From a virus, in IMG/VR virus record IMGVR_UViG_2820089333_000004, positions 12,344 through 76,343 of that record: a stretch of 64,000 nt of DNA; one strand, 5' to 3'. The translations under genes and the position numbers were made by a program. Of the stretch, positions 27,557-35,552 are shown in pieces (position 1 is the stretch's first letter; each line of letters opens with the position of its first letter). Under the pieces are notes generated by a model, which was not told the origin of the DNA, made no database searches, and was given only the letters and a program-made list of their open reading frames with translations.

Positions 27557-27767
27557 CATCAACATCCCGGAATTGTCACATCACTGCAACAGTTGGGTGG
27601 CGATCAGCAGAGCGACCAATGAAGTCATTGGCGAGTTTTACTGCGAGAAAACCTTGAAGATGTTCGACCCGACCAAGATCGAGATCAAGACAACCGCCAG
27701 TTATCTCGCCGATCTCAACGAGCGAAGGAAACGGTCAAATGACCAAACACAAAACCTTCACATGTAA
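27546..27767 (+). CDS. hypothetical protein
   Basis: overlapping operon context. Confidence 0.6.
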   Translation: MATSINIPELSHHCNSWVAISRATNEVIGEFYCEKTLKMFDPTKIEIKTTASYLADLNERRKRSNDQTQNLHM

Positions 27768-27939
27768 GCGCCTTCACCTGCCTACCGGGCGTGTAACCAA
27801 AGTCACATTCAACGCAAGCCACAGTGTCTGTTTTCTCACGCCAAACCACTTTGCTCCCAACCGCATAAAGAAAGTCATCGCCAATCTGATCGACGAGTGG
27901 AACCGCGATCAACCAAAAACTTGGAGATATTATCTGTGA
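27739..27939 (+). CDS. hypothetical protein
   Basis: AAGGA RBS. Confidence 0.55.
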   Translation: MTKHKTFTCKRLHLPTGRVTKVTFNASHSVCFLTPNHFAPNRIKKVIANLIDEWNRDQPKTWRYYL

Positions 27940-28199
27940 GCAAGCTATCCCGCGAACAGCACGCCAGAATTTTCAACGCCTTCTTGAACGGCCTGACATT
28001 GAAAGACCTTGAAACGATCTTTCAGGCGCAACGCGACGCATGGAAAGCCACAATGACCCTCGGCAACAGCGCGCAAATTGAGGCCCAAAAACACGCAAAC
28101 GAAATAACCGAACAGGCAATGGATCGCTTTCTCGACTACGAGCTGCGCGACATCGAGGAAATCATCAAAAACGTCCTGCAAGAAGCAGCACACGCCTGA
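27936..28199 (+). CDS. hypothetical protein
   Basis: GTGA coupling. Confidence 0.6.
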   Translation: MSKLSREQHARIFNAFLNGLTLKDLETIFQAQRDAWKATMTLGNSAQIEAQKHANEITEQAMDRFLDYELRDIEEIIKNVLQEAAHA

Positions 28200-28245
28200 G
28201 TCTGGTTGAAACAATAACCATAACAATAACCGCGAGGCGCATATC

Positions 28246-28491
28246 ATGAAGTTTGAAATCAAGTCCAAAACCGTGAATCGCAGCATCGCCTTCTACATAC
28301 CCGAAGGCGGCGAGATTCATGTGAAGGTAGTTGGCGACATGATGGGTAACAGGATTTGCGACGGTGGCCGCTTTCATGGCGACAAGATCAAATACACCGG
28401 CGGCGATCATGAAGAGTTCGCCAAAATCTGTCGACGCTGGTATCGCGCTCGCATCAACTGGATGCGCACTTGGCGGGCTGCTTTCTGCTGA
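28246..28491 (+). CDS. hypothetical protein
   Basis: promoter at 28194, GAGG RBS. Confidence 0.65.
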   Translation: MKFEIKSKTVNRSIAFYIPEGGEIHVKVVGDMMGNRICDGGRFHGDKIKYTGGDHEEFAKICRRWYRARINWMRTWRAAFC

Positions 28492-28552
28492 ACACACGCC
28501 TAGAACCAGCAGTCACAATAACGACATCGACAAACACGAAAGGGAGCAATCA

Positions 28553-28879
28553 ATGAACGCCGAACAACGCCAAGCAATCGAACGCAAAATCGTTCGCCGC
28601 CTGATTCGCGCCATGAAGCAAAAAGGATGGAATGCTCTTTATGTCTTTGATGGTGAGGAGCGCGCCCCGTGCAAAACCGAGCGTGAGGTGACGGACACTG
28701 CTTTCAGTGTGGATACGTCCATTATTTGCTTTCAAAAGCTTCGCCGCGTCCAAATTGTTCTCGGCAATAACGGCTACAACGTCATTGCAGATCGCTCGCT
28801 ATCCAACCCAGACATCCCAGAGGACGATTTCGAGAGAATCATGGACGAAGTGCAAGAATACGCCGATCAATTCGCGTAA
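28553..28879 (+). CDS. hypothetical protein
   Basis: promoter at 28498, GAAAGGGAG RBS. Confidence 0.7.
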   Translation: MNAEQRQAIERKIVRRLIRAMKQKGWNALYVFDGEERAPCKTEREVTDTAFSVDTSIICFQKLRRVQIVLGNNGYNVIADRSLSNPDIPEDDFERIMDEVQEYADQFA

Positions 28880-28900
28880 ATTCAAGTCAAAATTTCCCAC

Positions 28901-28928
28901 AAAGGCGCTTTACAAAGGCGCCTTTTTC
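28901..28928 (+). terminator. intrinsic terminator
   Basis: AAAGGCGC..GCGCCTTT + T-run. Confidence 0.7.
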
Positions 28929-29239
28929 ATGTTCAGGCCAACGCCACGGCAATGACCAATATAAGCATTTGATTATAAAGAATAATATACAATTATCATA
29001 ATCTTTCAGCGACCAACAAAAGTCAGCCGAATGTGTAAATCCACTTTACAAGAGATCAACAAGAGATCAACAGCTTTAACGACAGCATCAGACTATCAGA
29101 AACACGTTGTAGCGCGCTCCAAACACATCGGGAATACCGCGATAGCACCGAACCACTTCCAATCGAATACAGGGCGATTCTGTGAGTTGTCCAAGTAGCG
29201 AGAACAAAACCGATGACAGCTACAAGAACAAGCAACCCG

Positions 29240-29660
29240 TCACGGACGTAGGCTACATGCGGGAGAGTAGATGATGACCAGGCACAAAAGAACAAAGGAA
29301 CCGGCGTGTGCTTGAACGGACAGAGGCGGTAGGAGATGGAAGAGAGTGAGAGCGAAACAGAGGTAGAGGCGTAGAGAGCAGAGAGGAGAACGAAAGGGGA
29401 GTAGTAAAAACAGTAAGAGGACAGAGAGACAAAGAGAAGGAGGAAGGAGAGGAACAGTAAGGGGAGGTGCGGGGCGGCGGTAATATCTTCCTCCTCCCAA
29501 TCCACTTCCTCCCTTCCCCTTATAACCATAACTTATATGCCTATAACTTTTAGTTATGCCTGTCATCCCCTCCATCCATTCCGCCGCCGGTCCTTCCCTC
29601 CTCGGCACACAGGCATCACCCAGTTCCCTCACCCTCGGCATTCCGAGTCTTTCATCCGCA
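29240..29660. other. low-complexity purine tract switching to pyrimidine tract
   Basis: + strand A/G-rich to ~29480, C/T-rich after. Confidence 0.8.
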
Positions 29661-29776
29661 GGTGGGTTGTTCTTTCCAAGGCAGTCTTTCCGACGCCGGT
29701 ATTGTTCTGCATTTGCGTCACACGCCTGTCTCTGCGTCTTATCATAGTCATCATCACGATAACGAGAGGACACATC

Positions 29777-29980
29777 ATGACGCCCGAAGTCAAAGTTGCG
29801 CTGGATCACGTTCGCTCCCTCTTCCCTGACGTGGTGTGCGTGACCTACGACGAGGAGTGGCGCTGGCATTACGAAACCGGGAGCGGCTTCCTGCCCTCGT
29901 TTGACGAGCGGATCGACATTGCTCTCCTTGAGGATGCGGCTGACTCGCTCGACGTGGTGCCAGCGACGCTCTACGCCTGA
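29777..29980 (+). CDS. hypothetical protein
   Basis: promoter at 29724, GAGAGG RBS. Confidence 0.7.
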   Translation: MTPEVKVALDHVRSLFPDVVCVTYDEEWRWHYETGSGFLPSFDERIDIALLEDAADSLDVVPATLYA

Positions 29981-30036
29981 TTGTCGGCATTGGTTGGATC
30001 TTGCAGAAGAAGGCGCAAAAAATTTTGGTTTGCCTG

Positions 30037-30066
30037 TTGACAGCTCTAGTAAGCACTGACTAGAAT
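30037..30066 (+). promoter_or_regulatory. sigma70 promoter overlapped by operator
   Basis: TTGACA-N18-TAGAAT with operator 30047-30062 in the spacer. Confidence 0.8.
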
Positions 30067-30071
30067 TGTCG

Positions 30072-30420
30072 CAGATGGGTTTTCTCCTCTCATGCCGACC
30101 ACAGATGACCGTGGCGACCACTCAGAGGAATTGCCTCTTTTTGTTCTAGGGACTTCTTTTTCTCGCGGTTGTTTTGACTTATACGAAGGTCTGCCTTGAG
30201 AAGGCAGACTTCGGTAAGGAGAACCGGGAAAACGATGTCTCCAGTTCTTCTCTACCTTCTCTTGTCCTCAAATGGGGAAAGGGGGGGTAGGGGGGGATTG
30301 GGGACTTCGTTTTTCTCCCGAAGTTTTCCTTACCGAATGGGTTGCACACCTTTAAGAAACTTCGTTTCTTAAAACAAAATCTTTCCCCTCATTGCGTCCA
30401 GAGTAAACGTAATGAAGTTT
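30072..30420 (+). ncRNA. candidate structured non-coding RNA
   Basis: stems 30189-30209 (9 bp), 30210-30337 (~59 bp, 11 G·U), 30351-30373 (10 bp), 30389-30415 (9 bp); upstream promoter; no credible ORF/RBS. Confidence 0.65.
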
Positions 30421-30681
30421 TCGAGGAGATGGCAGCCAGCAGGCAACCTTCAATTTTTGCCTTCTTTCAGGCGAACAACAAATCCCCAATGTTTTTATGT
30501 AAAACTTCCTTGGCAGAAAAATCGCCGCGCCGAGGATGTTCCCAAGGCAATCCAAGGTTGTCTCGGTTTCTTGGGTTTCCTTGGCCGACGATGAGATTGT
30601 CCGCAACAAAACACGTCGGTGCCTTGGTCGGGCTGCAATAATCTGTCTTGTCGCAACAGCAAACCACGAAAGGGAATAAAA

Positions 30682-30771
30682 ATGCATGAATCCGCTTCTT
30701 ACACGCTCGCGCTGAAATCTGTCGCAAGCCCTTCCTTTCGCGTTCAGTCATCGCCAAGGCACCGGGATTGA
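30682..30771 (+). CDS. 29-aa microprotein or gene remnant
   Basis: promoter at 30621, GAAAGGG RBS. Confidence 0.45.
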   Translation: MHESASYTLALKSVASPSFRVQSSPRHRD

Positions 30772-30995
30772 GAGCTTCATGGTCATCAGGCAACAGGCGG
30801 TCGCAGCGGGTCAGACAATCCAAGGCATCGGTCTACGGTCATCAGGCGATAGGTGTTCCGTGGATTTCCTTGGCGGTAGAAATAAAAAAGGCAACCCGAC
30901 AAGGTTTCCTGTGAAAACACATCGGTGCCTGTAATCGGGCGTCAGAATAACAACTGTCGCAACAAACAACAACCAACCACGTAAAGGTAACAAAA

Positions 30996-31415
30996 ATGGG
31001 CCAACTGACCTACAACGAAATCATCCAGAACCACAAGACCATGACCGCCAGCGAACTGCACGCTGCGATGAAAGGGTATCTCGTCAATCATCCCATGCTC
31101 AATCACGATTTCGTAGAAGGTGATGATCCTCAGAACGTGAACTACATGTTCGCGGTTTGGGCCATTGAAGCCGATGCGCGTATCGAGTCCAAGCAAGACA
31201 TGCTTGATCTGCTGTCGGTTCTCGAAAAGCAATGTCCGGTCATCGCCATCGACGAAGGGTTCTACGGTGGTTGTCGTGCGAATAGTAATCAAGAGTTGAT
31301 CGTTCAAAAGATCAAATTCGATATTGCTAATGAGTTCTATCACGCAGACGATTATCCCGCCTATCAAGCTGCGGTAGAACTGGGCTGGTTGCAACCCGAA
31401 GCCGAAACCGTCTGA
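30996..31415 (+). CDS. hypothetical protein
   Basis: promoter at 30927, TAAAGG RBS, downstream terminator. Confidence 0.75.
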   Translation: MGQLTYNEIIQNHKTMTASELHAAMKGYLVNHPMLNHDFVEGDDPQNVNYMFAVWAIEADARIESKQDMLDLLSVLEKQCPVIAIDEGFYGGCRANSNQELIVQKIKFDIANEFYHADDYPAYQAAVELGWLQPEAETV

Positions 31416-31433
31416 CGGTATCCAGCAGCAACC

Positions 31434-31465
31434 AGAAGGGCGCCAATCGCGGGCGCCCTTCTCTT
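31434..31465 (+). terminator. 11-bp hairpin terminator
   Basis: AGAAGGGCGCC-aatcgcg-GGCGCCCTTCT. Confidence 0.7.
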
Positions 31466-31705
31466 GTCACCAGAACATGCCTTGGCGGGCGTAGAACGCG
31501 CTACAGGGCGCTCCAAGGCGCACGGTTCATCGCGGTCAGGCGCTGTCAGGCATTCCGAGGCTCTTCAGGAGTCAGGCAATCCAAGGCAGCAGTTCCCGGT
31601 TCTCAGGCGTCAGGCAATCTCACAGGAAACATACCAGCGCATCGTCGGTGCCTGTGACCGACACTCAAACTGATTCGACCCAAACCAGAACAAAAGGTCG
31701 AGTTA

Positions 31706-31900
31706 ATGAACTATCAATTTACCGCGCTTTGCATTTACACAATTGGCGCCCTGCTTGTCGTCCTGAGCATTATTGAGAATGCGCCTGCGTCGGGCGCTGC
31801 TGCATTCATCCTTTGTGCAATCATCGCAATCAACATTTCTGCACGCGCCTGCAAACATACGGGAAATAACTCGCAGCGTCTCTACAAAGGCAACCTCTGA
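31706..31900 (+). CDS. small two-helix membrane protein
   Basis: promoter at 31650; two hydrophobic segments. Confidence 0.55.
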   Translation: MNYQFTALCIYTIGALLVVLSIIENAPASGAAAFILCAIIAINISARACKHTGNNSQRLYKGNL

Positions 31901-31997
31901 ACGTTTCCTGACCGATGCTGCGAATCGCCTTTGATCGTCGGTCAAACTGAAATTGTCGCAGTTGCGACGATAACCAATCACTTTGAAAGGTAAGACC

Positions 31998-32216
31998 ATG
32001 AACCGCCCGAATGCCCGCGTTTGTGAAGCAAAGATTCCCGCAGCCATCGAGCCGTATCGTTTCAACCAAGTAAAATCGAATGTCAAGCAATACCGGGAAC
32101 AAGAGGACATTACCGCTTGGTTGAAAGACCAAGATGACGCAGAGATTGATTTTCTGACCTGTGAGCTTTCAAACAAGGGTAATCGTGAATATCGACGATC
32201 CTTGAATTACCGCTGA
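31998..32216 (+). CDS. hypothetical protein
   Basis: promoter at 31927, GAAAGG RBS. Confidence 0.65.
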   Translation: MNRPNARVCEAKIPAAIEPYRFNQVKSNVKQYREQEDITAWLKDQDDAEIDFLTCELSNKGNREYRRSLNYR

Positions 32217-32502
32217 TCGCAAGCGGTCGATAAAGGCAGGTCAAGCGAGAGCACGCGACCTGCCTGTTCATGCGCGTGATGTTCCTTGGCGACCGGGAGA
32301 TTGGAGCGCCAAGGAGCGCGAACTGGAGTCTCCAAGCGACCACGATTTTCCCGCAACCCCTGCGAGCGCCAAGGCAACCACGCTTTTCCTGCTAGTTAGC
32401 AGCGCCGTGGCGACCCTGTTTTTGGACAATCTTTCAGGATCGCCTTGGCGGTGGGGTTTTAGGCGGGCAGGCGAACTTGCGCGAATGTCGGGCGATTGGA
32501 CG

Positions 32503-32757
32503 CTACTGCTTTTCAACAATCTTCAATATTGCTAATTGATCTTCACGCGAAAGACTGCGAAATTTTGAAATTAAATTTTCTCTTTCTTTTTTTTCTTTAA
32601 TGAAAAGCCCTTGCGCTTCGATTTTCGCAATGTCGCTATGCAATATCAATACTTCCAAAAACTCACCTTGTGTAATAGCAAGCCGCTCTGATTCCACTTT
32701 TAGACGCTCTTTTGCTGCGTCGCTGTTCATCGCAATGACATGACGTTGTTGTTTCAT
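32503..32757 (-). CDS. small AT-rich protein, possible ribbon-helix-helix regulator
   Basis: RHVIAMNSDAAKERLKVESERLAITQGEFLEVLI (strand-helix-helix pattern); divergent from 32924 gene. Confidence 0.55.
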   Translation of the reverse strand: MKQQRHVIAMNSDAAKERLKVESERLAITQGEFLEVLILHSDIAKIEAQGLFIKEKKERENLISKFRSLSREDQLAILKIVEKQ

Positions 32758-32923
32758 AATAACACCTTAGTAATTTTAACTCTTAAATTATAGTCCGGTT
32801 TTGTGTAGATTGTTTCTTGTTACACGCTGTTACAAATAAACCCTTGCTAATCTACCCGCAATGCGTAGAATGTTCATTAGTAGATCAATTGTTGATCTAC
32901 ACTAACCACAAAGGGTTACTATC

Positions 32924-33595
32924 ATGACCACGAATGCAAAAACCACGAACAAGACAACCCGCCCGCAATCAAACAAGGGCAAGACTGCTACCGCTACTGT
33001 GAAAGCGGTAGAAAAGAAAGATGCGCCCGCCCTTGACGGTTTCAAGAGTGTTTGCGACGCTCTTAAGTTACGCATTCAAAGCGCGCTTACTGATAGCAAG
33101 CGTAAAGAAGCGCGCTTTTCACTGCAACGTCTTAACGAGAAGAATATTGTCGTATTTTTTGAAATGGGCGCGATTGCTCCCGATAATTATGCAAAAACGG
33201 TTTCTGTCAAAGAAGGGCAAACAGGGCATGTTTGCGGTAAAACACTCATGAAAATGAGCGACCTAACAAATGTGATCCCGACCAATGACAAGCGTATGGG
33301 CGAAGCATTTCTAACATACCTAATTGAAGGTATGTTAGAGAATGGGAACCAGTTGAGTGTAAAAGAAATGGTTTTTACGCTTGCGAAAGGTGTAGAGAAT
33401 GACGATTGTCGGGAAGCTGTTAAGAAAAAAGCTAGCTACACCGTCGGGACAGCGGTTTCACAGTCTAGCAAAGTAAGATTCGCTCTTGCTGCGCTAAACC
33501 TTGCAACTATCATACCGGGCAAGAAAAACGACATTTGCATGCTGACTGAAAAGGGCATTGCTTTGCTAACGCCCGCGTATGGGAAACCGAAGTAA
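32924..33595 (+). CDS. AT-rich hypothetical protein, probable winged-helix C-terminus
   Basis: AAAGGG RBS; TTGCTA-N16-TAGAAT promoter; YTVGTAVSQ..MLTEKG. Confidence 0.75.
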   Translation: MTTNAKTTNKTTRPQSNKGKTATATVKAVEKKDAPALDGFKSVCDALKLRIQSALTDSKRKEARFSLQRLNEKNIVVFFEMGAIAPDNYAKTVSVKEGQTGHVCGKTLMKMSDLTNVIPTNDKRMGEAFLTYLIEGMLENGNQLSVKEMVFTLAKGVENDDCREAVKKKASYTVGTAVSQSSKVRFALAALNLATIIPGKKNDICMLTEKGIALLTPAYGKPK

Positions 33596-33610
33596 CCCGA
33601 TGACATAAGG

Positions 33611-33679
33611 GCGTATTAGCTAGATTGCATATGTTGTCTAGCTAATACGCATATAAGCGAAGTCTTATAAACTTCGCTT
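33611..33679. repeat. two tandem perfect inverted repeats (14 bp and 9 bp arms)
   Basis: GCGTATTAGCTAGA/TCTAGCTAATACGC; AAGCGAAGT/ACTTCGCTT. Confidence 0.85.
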
Positions 33680-33724
33680 TACCTTGGTGGCCCTCCCTTC
33701 CTCCTTCCGACCATCCGCACTCCA

Positions 33725-33810
33725 TCCTTATACCGCCAGCCAGACGGCGACCATCGCCCGTCCTTATACCGCCAGCGGCCAACCACCCAGAATTCTTCCT
33801 TATACAGCCA
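33725..33810. repeat. three 14-bp direct repeats at 36-bp period
   Basis: TCCTTATACMGCCA at 33725, 33761, 33797. Confidence 0.85.
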
Positions 33811-33873
33811 ACCTTCTGCAATAATAATATTTTATCGCGCTTGTTTTTTGGGCATCACAAGGGGAAGAAGGCT

Positions 33874-34284
33874 GTGAAAGAATCCATACAAATCACCAAG
33901 GGGCTTGTCATCGCCGAGCCGTGGATCGACCATATTCTCAAAGGTGAGAAAGATTGGGAGATGCGAGCGAACGCAGTGAAGCATCGCGGCTGGTTCGGGC
34001 TTGTTCGCAAGGGTTCGGGTGCCGTGCATGGCGTTGCGAGGCTGATTGATGTCGGCGCACCGCTATCGCCGGACGAGATGATCGCGGCGATCAAAAGACA
34101 TCGAATTCCCGAATATATGATTCGATCAGGTGAAGTGGCCAAGTGGAACACTCCCTGGAAGCTTGCGGACGTGCGACGGCTTGCTTCTCCGGTTCCTTAC
34201 CGCCACCGCAAGGGTGCCGTCACATGGGTCGAACTGGATGCCGACGTGACGCACGCGATTGCACGCCAGTTGGGAAACGCTTGA
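33874..34284 (+). CDS. ASCH-domain protein
   Basis: GLVIAEPWIDHILKGEKDWEMR matches the ASCH GxKxxExR motif. Confidence 0.85.
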   Translation: MKESIQITKGLVIAEPWIDHILKGEKDWEMRANAVKHRGWFGLVRKGSGAVHGVARLIDVGAPLSPDEMIAAIKRHRIPEYMIRSGEVAKWNTPWKLADVRRLASPVPYRHRKGAVTWVELDADVTHAIARQLGNA

Positions 34285-34327
34285 CTGCTTCCAGCCATAC
34301 AGACTACAGTATCAACACTGTTGATAC
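34281..34327 (+). promoter_or_regulatory. mazEF promoter with palindromic autoregulatory operator
   Basis: TTGACT-N18-TACAGT; GTATCAA-cactg-TTGATAC. Confidence 0.6.
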
Positions 34328-34342
34328 ATAAAAGGATCAGGA

Positions 34343-34588
34343 ATGCGCGTAACCATTAAAAAGTGGGGCAACAGCGCATCTGTGCGCATTCCTGCCCCGA
34401 TCATGCTTGCTGCCAACCTCCAAGTCGACGCCACCGTGGATGTGCGAGAGGAGAGCGGTTTAGTCGTCATTGAGCCAGTCGTGGCTGATGTCGGTTGCGA
34501 CCTGAACGCCCTGATCGCAGGCATCACGCCAGAGAACCTGCACGACGAGGTTGATTTCGGCCCGGCTGTTGGCGGGGAAGCGTTTTGA
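34343..34588 (+). CDS. mazE: AbrB/MazE-family antitoxin
   Basis: IKKWGNSASVRIPA..L..LIAGITPENLHDEVDFGPAVGGE. Confidence 0.93.
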   Translation: MRVTIKKWGNSASVRIPAPIMLAANLQVDATVDVREESGLVVIEPVVADVGCDLNALIAGITPENLHDEVDFGPAVGGEAF

Positions 34589-34923
34589 TGGCCCGCTACA
34601 TCCCGGACGCCGGAGATATTGTATGGCTGCAATTCAACCCGCAAGCTGGACACGAACAGGCGGGTCGTCGGCCAGCCATTGTCCTTAGTCCCGCGTCTTA
34701 CAATGGGCGCGTTGGCTTGATGCTGTGCTGTCCGATGACGAGCCAAGCAAAGGATTATCCATTCGAGGTGATTTTGTCCAACAAGACGAGCGTGGTGCTG
34801 GCCGACCAAGTGAAAAGCGTCGCGTGGAGCGCCAGAAATGCGGAATTCAAAGAAAAGGCAACGCCGGCTGAGTTGTCGGAGGTTCGCAGAAAGGCGGCGC
34901 TGCTGATCGGTGTTGCGCAGTGA
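34588..34923 (+). CDS. mazF: MazF/PemK endoribonuclease toxin
   Basis: YIPDAGDIVWLQFNPQAGHEQAGRRPAIVLS..CPMTSQ..LADQVKS. Confidence 0.95.
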   Translation: MARYIPDAGDIVWLQFNPQAGHEQAGRRPAIVLSPASYNGRVGLMLCCPMTSQAKDYPFEVILSNKTSVVLADQVKSVAWSARNAEFKEKATPAELSEVRRKAALLIGVAQ

Positions 34924-35210
34924 TTCGCCTGCTTCTCGTCATCATCGCGGCCATGATTGCAACTACAGCAGTCGCCAAAACGCACCGCGATCCGGCAATG
35001 CGACGCCAATTCATGTATGACAACCCGTGTCCGGCTACTGGCAGCACCAAGGGCGCTTGTCCTGGCTGGCAGGTGGATCACGTCGTTCCGCTGAAGTGTG
35101 GTGGTGCCGACGCTCCGGCCAACATGCAATGGCTGACCATCGGGGATCACAAGGCAAAGACCAAGCGCGAGGCGAAATCGTGCAGGGCGAAGAGCGCGAG
35201 GAGAAGGTGA
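34920..35210 (+). CDS. signal-peptide HNH-like nuclease
   Basis: hydrophobic N-terminus; CPATG..CPGWQVDHVVPLKCGGADAPANMQWL..H..KT. Confidence 0.85.
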   Translation: MIRLLLVIIAAMIATTAVAKTHRDPAMRRQFMYDNPCPATGSTKGACPGWQVDHVVPLKCGGADAPANMQWLTIGDHKAKTKREAKSCRAKSARRR

Positions 35211-35234
35211 GAACCGCCCCGCGTCGTCGGCCAG

Positions 35235-35364
35235 GGCGGGCGACACCAGCTTCCAGCGAACTAAGCCTGGAAATGATCTCGTCGTTCTGAACACGCATGG
35301 CTGAAAGCTCGGCCTGAATCCGCTTGAGGTGTTCCACTATGAGATTTTCGACCTGATCGGTCAT
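35235..35364 (-). pseudogene. possibly truncated small coiled-coil gene
   Basis: MTDQVENLIVEHLKRIQAEL..RLSSLEAGVAR then reads into the antisense strand of the HNH gene. Confidence 0.4.
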
Positions 35365-35552
35365 GATGGCTCCCTTGAGCAAGTGTGGCCGCCCTTTGTT
35401 GGAAGCGCAACCGTCTTACGGCGCGTCCTGTCGGTGTCATCAGAGCCGCATTCGGGGCATTCAAGCGCGTCGGCGCCAAGAGGCCACACGGCGATCCACT
35501 CGTAGTCACACTCAAAGCACTCTGCCGTGCCGGAACACCATTGCTCGTTCAT
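35361..35552 (-). CDS. Zn-ribbon small protein
   Basis: CFECDYEW..CPECGS; coupled to helicase. Confidence 0.65.
   Translation of the reverse strand: MNEQWCSGTAECFECDYEWIAVWPLGADALECPECGSDDTDRTRRKTVALPTKGGHTCSREPS

Larger units (their letters stand above)
20721..31948 (+). promoter_or_regulatory. GCCT(G)-N11-(xAxxxT) promoter class (13 copies)
   Basis: GCCTG box starts: 20721, 22592, 23788, 24413, 24516, 27269, 28194, 28498 (GCCTA), 29724, 30621 (GCCTT), 30927, 31650, 31927 (GCCTT); each exactly 11 nt before a -10-like hexamer and upstream of a gene start. Confidence 0.78.

Noticed and set aside
29056-29529. 157-aa hydrophobic minus-strand ORF (and 29240..30121)
   Set aside because: S/L/F richness is a by-product of the purine tract; no RBS or family signal
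29975-30040. Further GCCTG promoters (29975, 30032, 24392, 31848, 46712)
   Set aside because: No xAxxxT hexamer at the 11-nt spacing
30274-30303. G-quadruplex (G4-G7-G7-G4) as the main explanation of the G-run
   Set aside because: The G-run is fully accounted for as the 3' arm of the G·U hairpin; G4 remains only a possible alternative conformer
33725-33810. Mini-CRISPR array
   Set aside because: Repeats are only 14 bp with 22-bp spacers and no cas genes; kept as an iteron-like repeat
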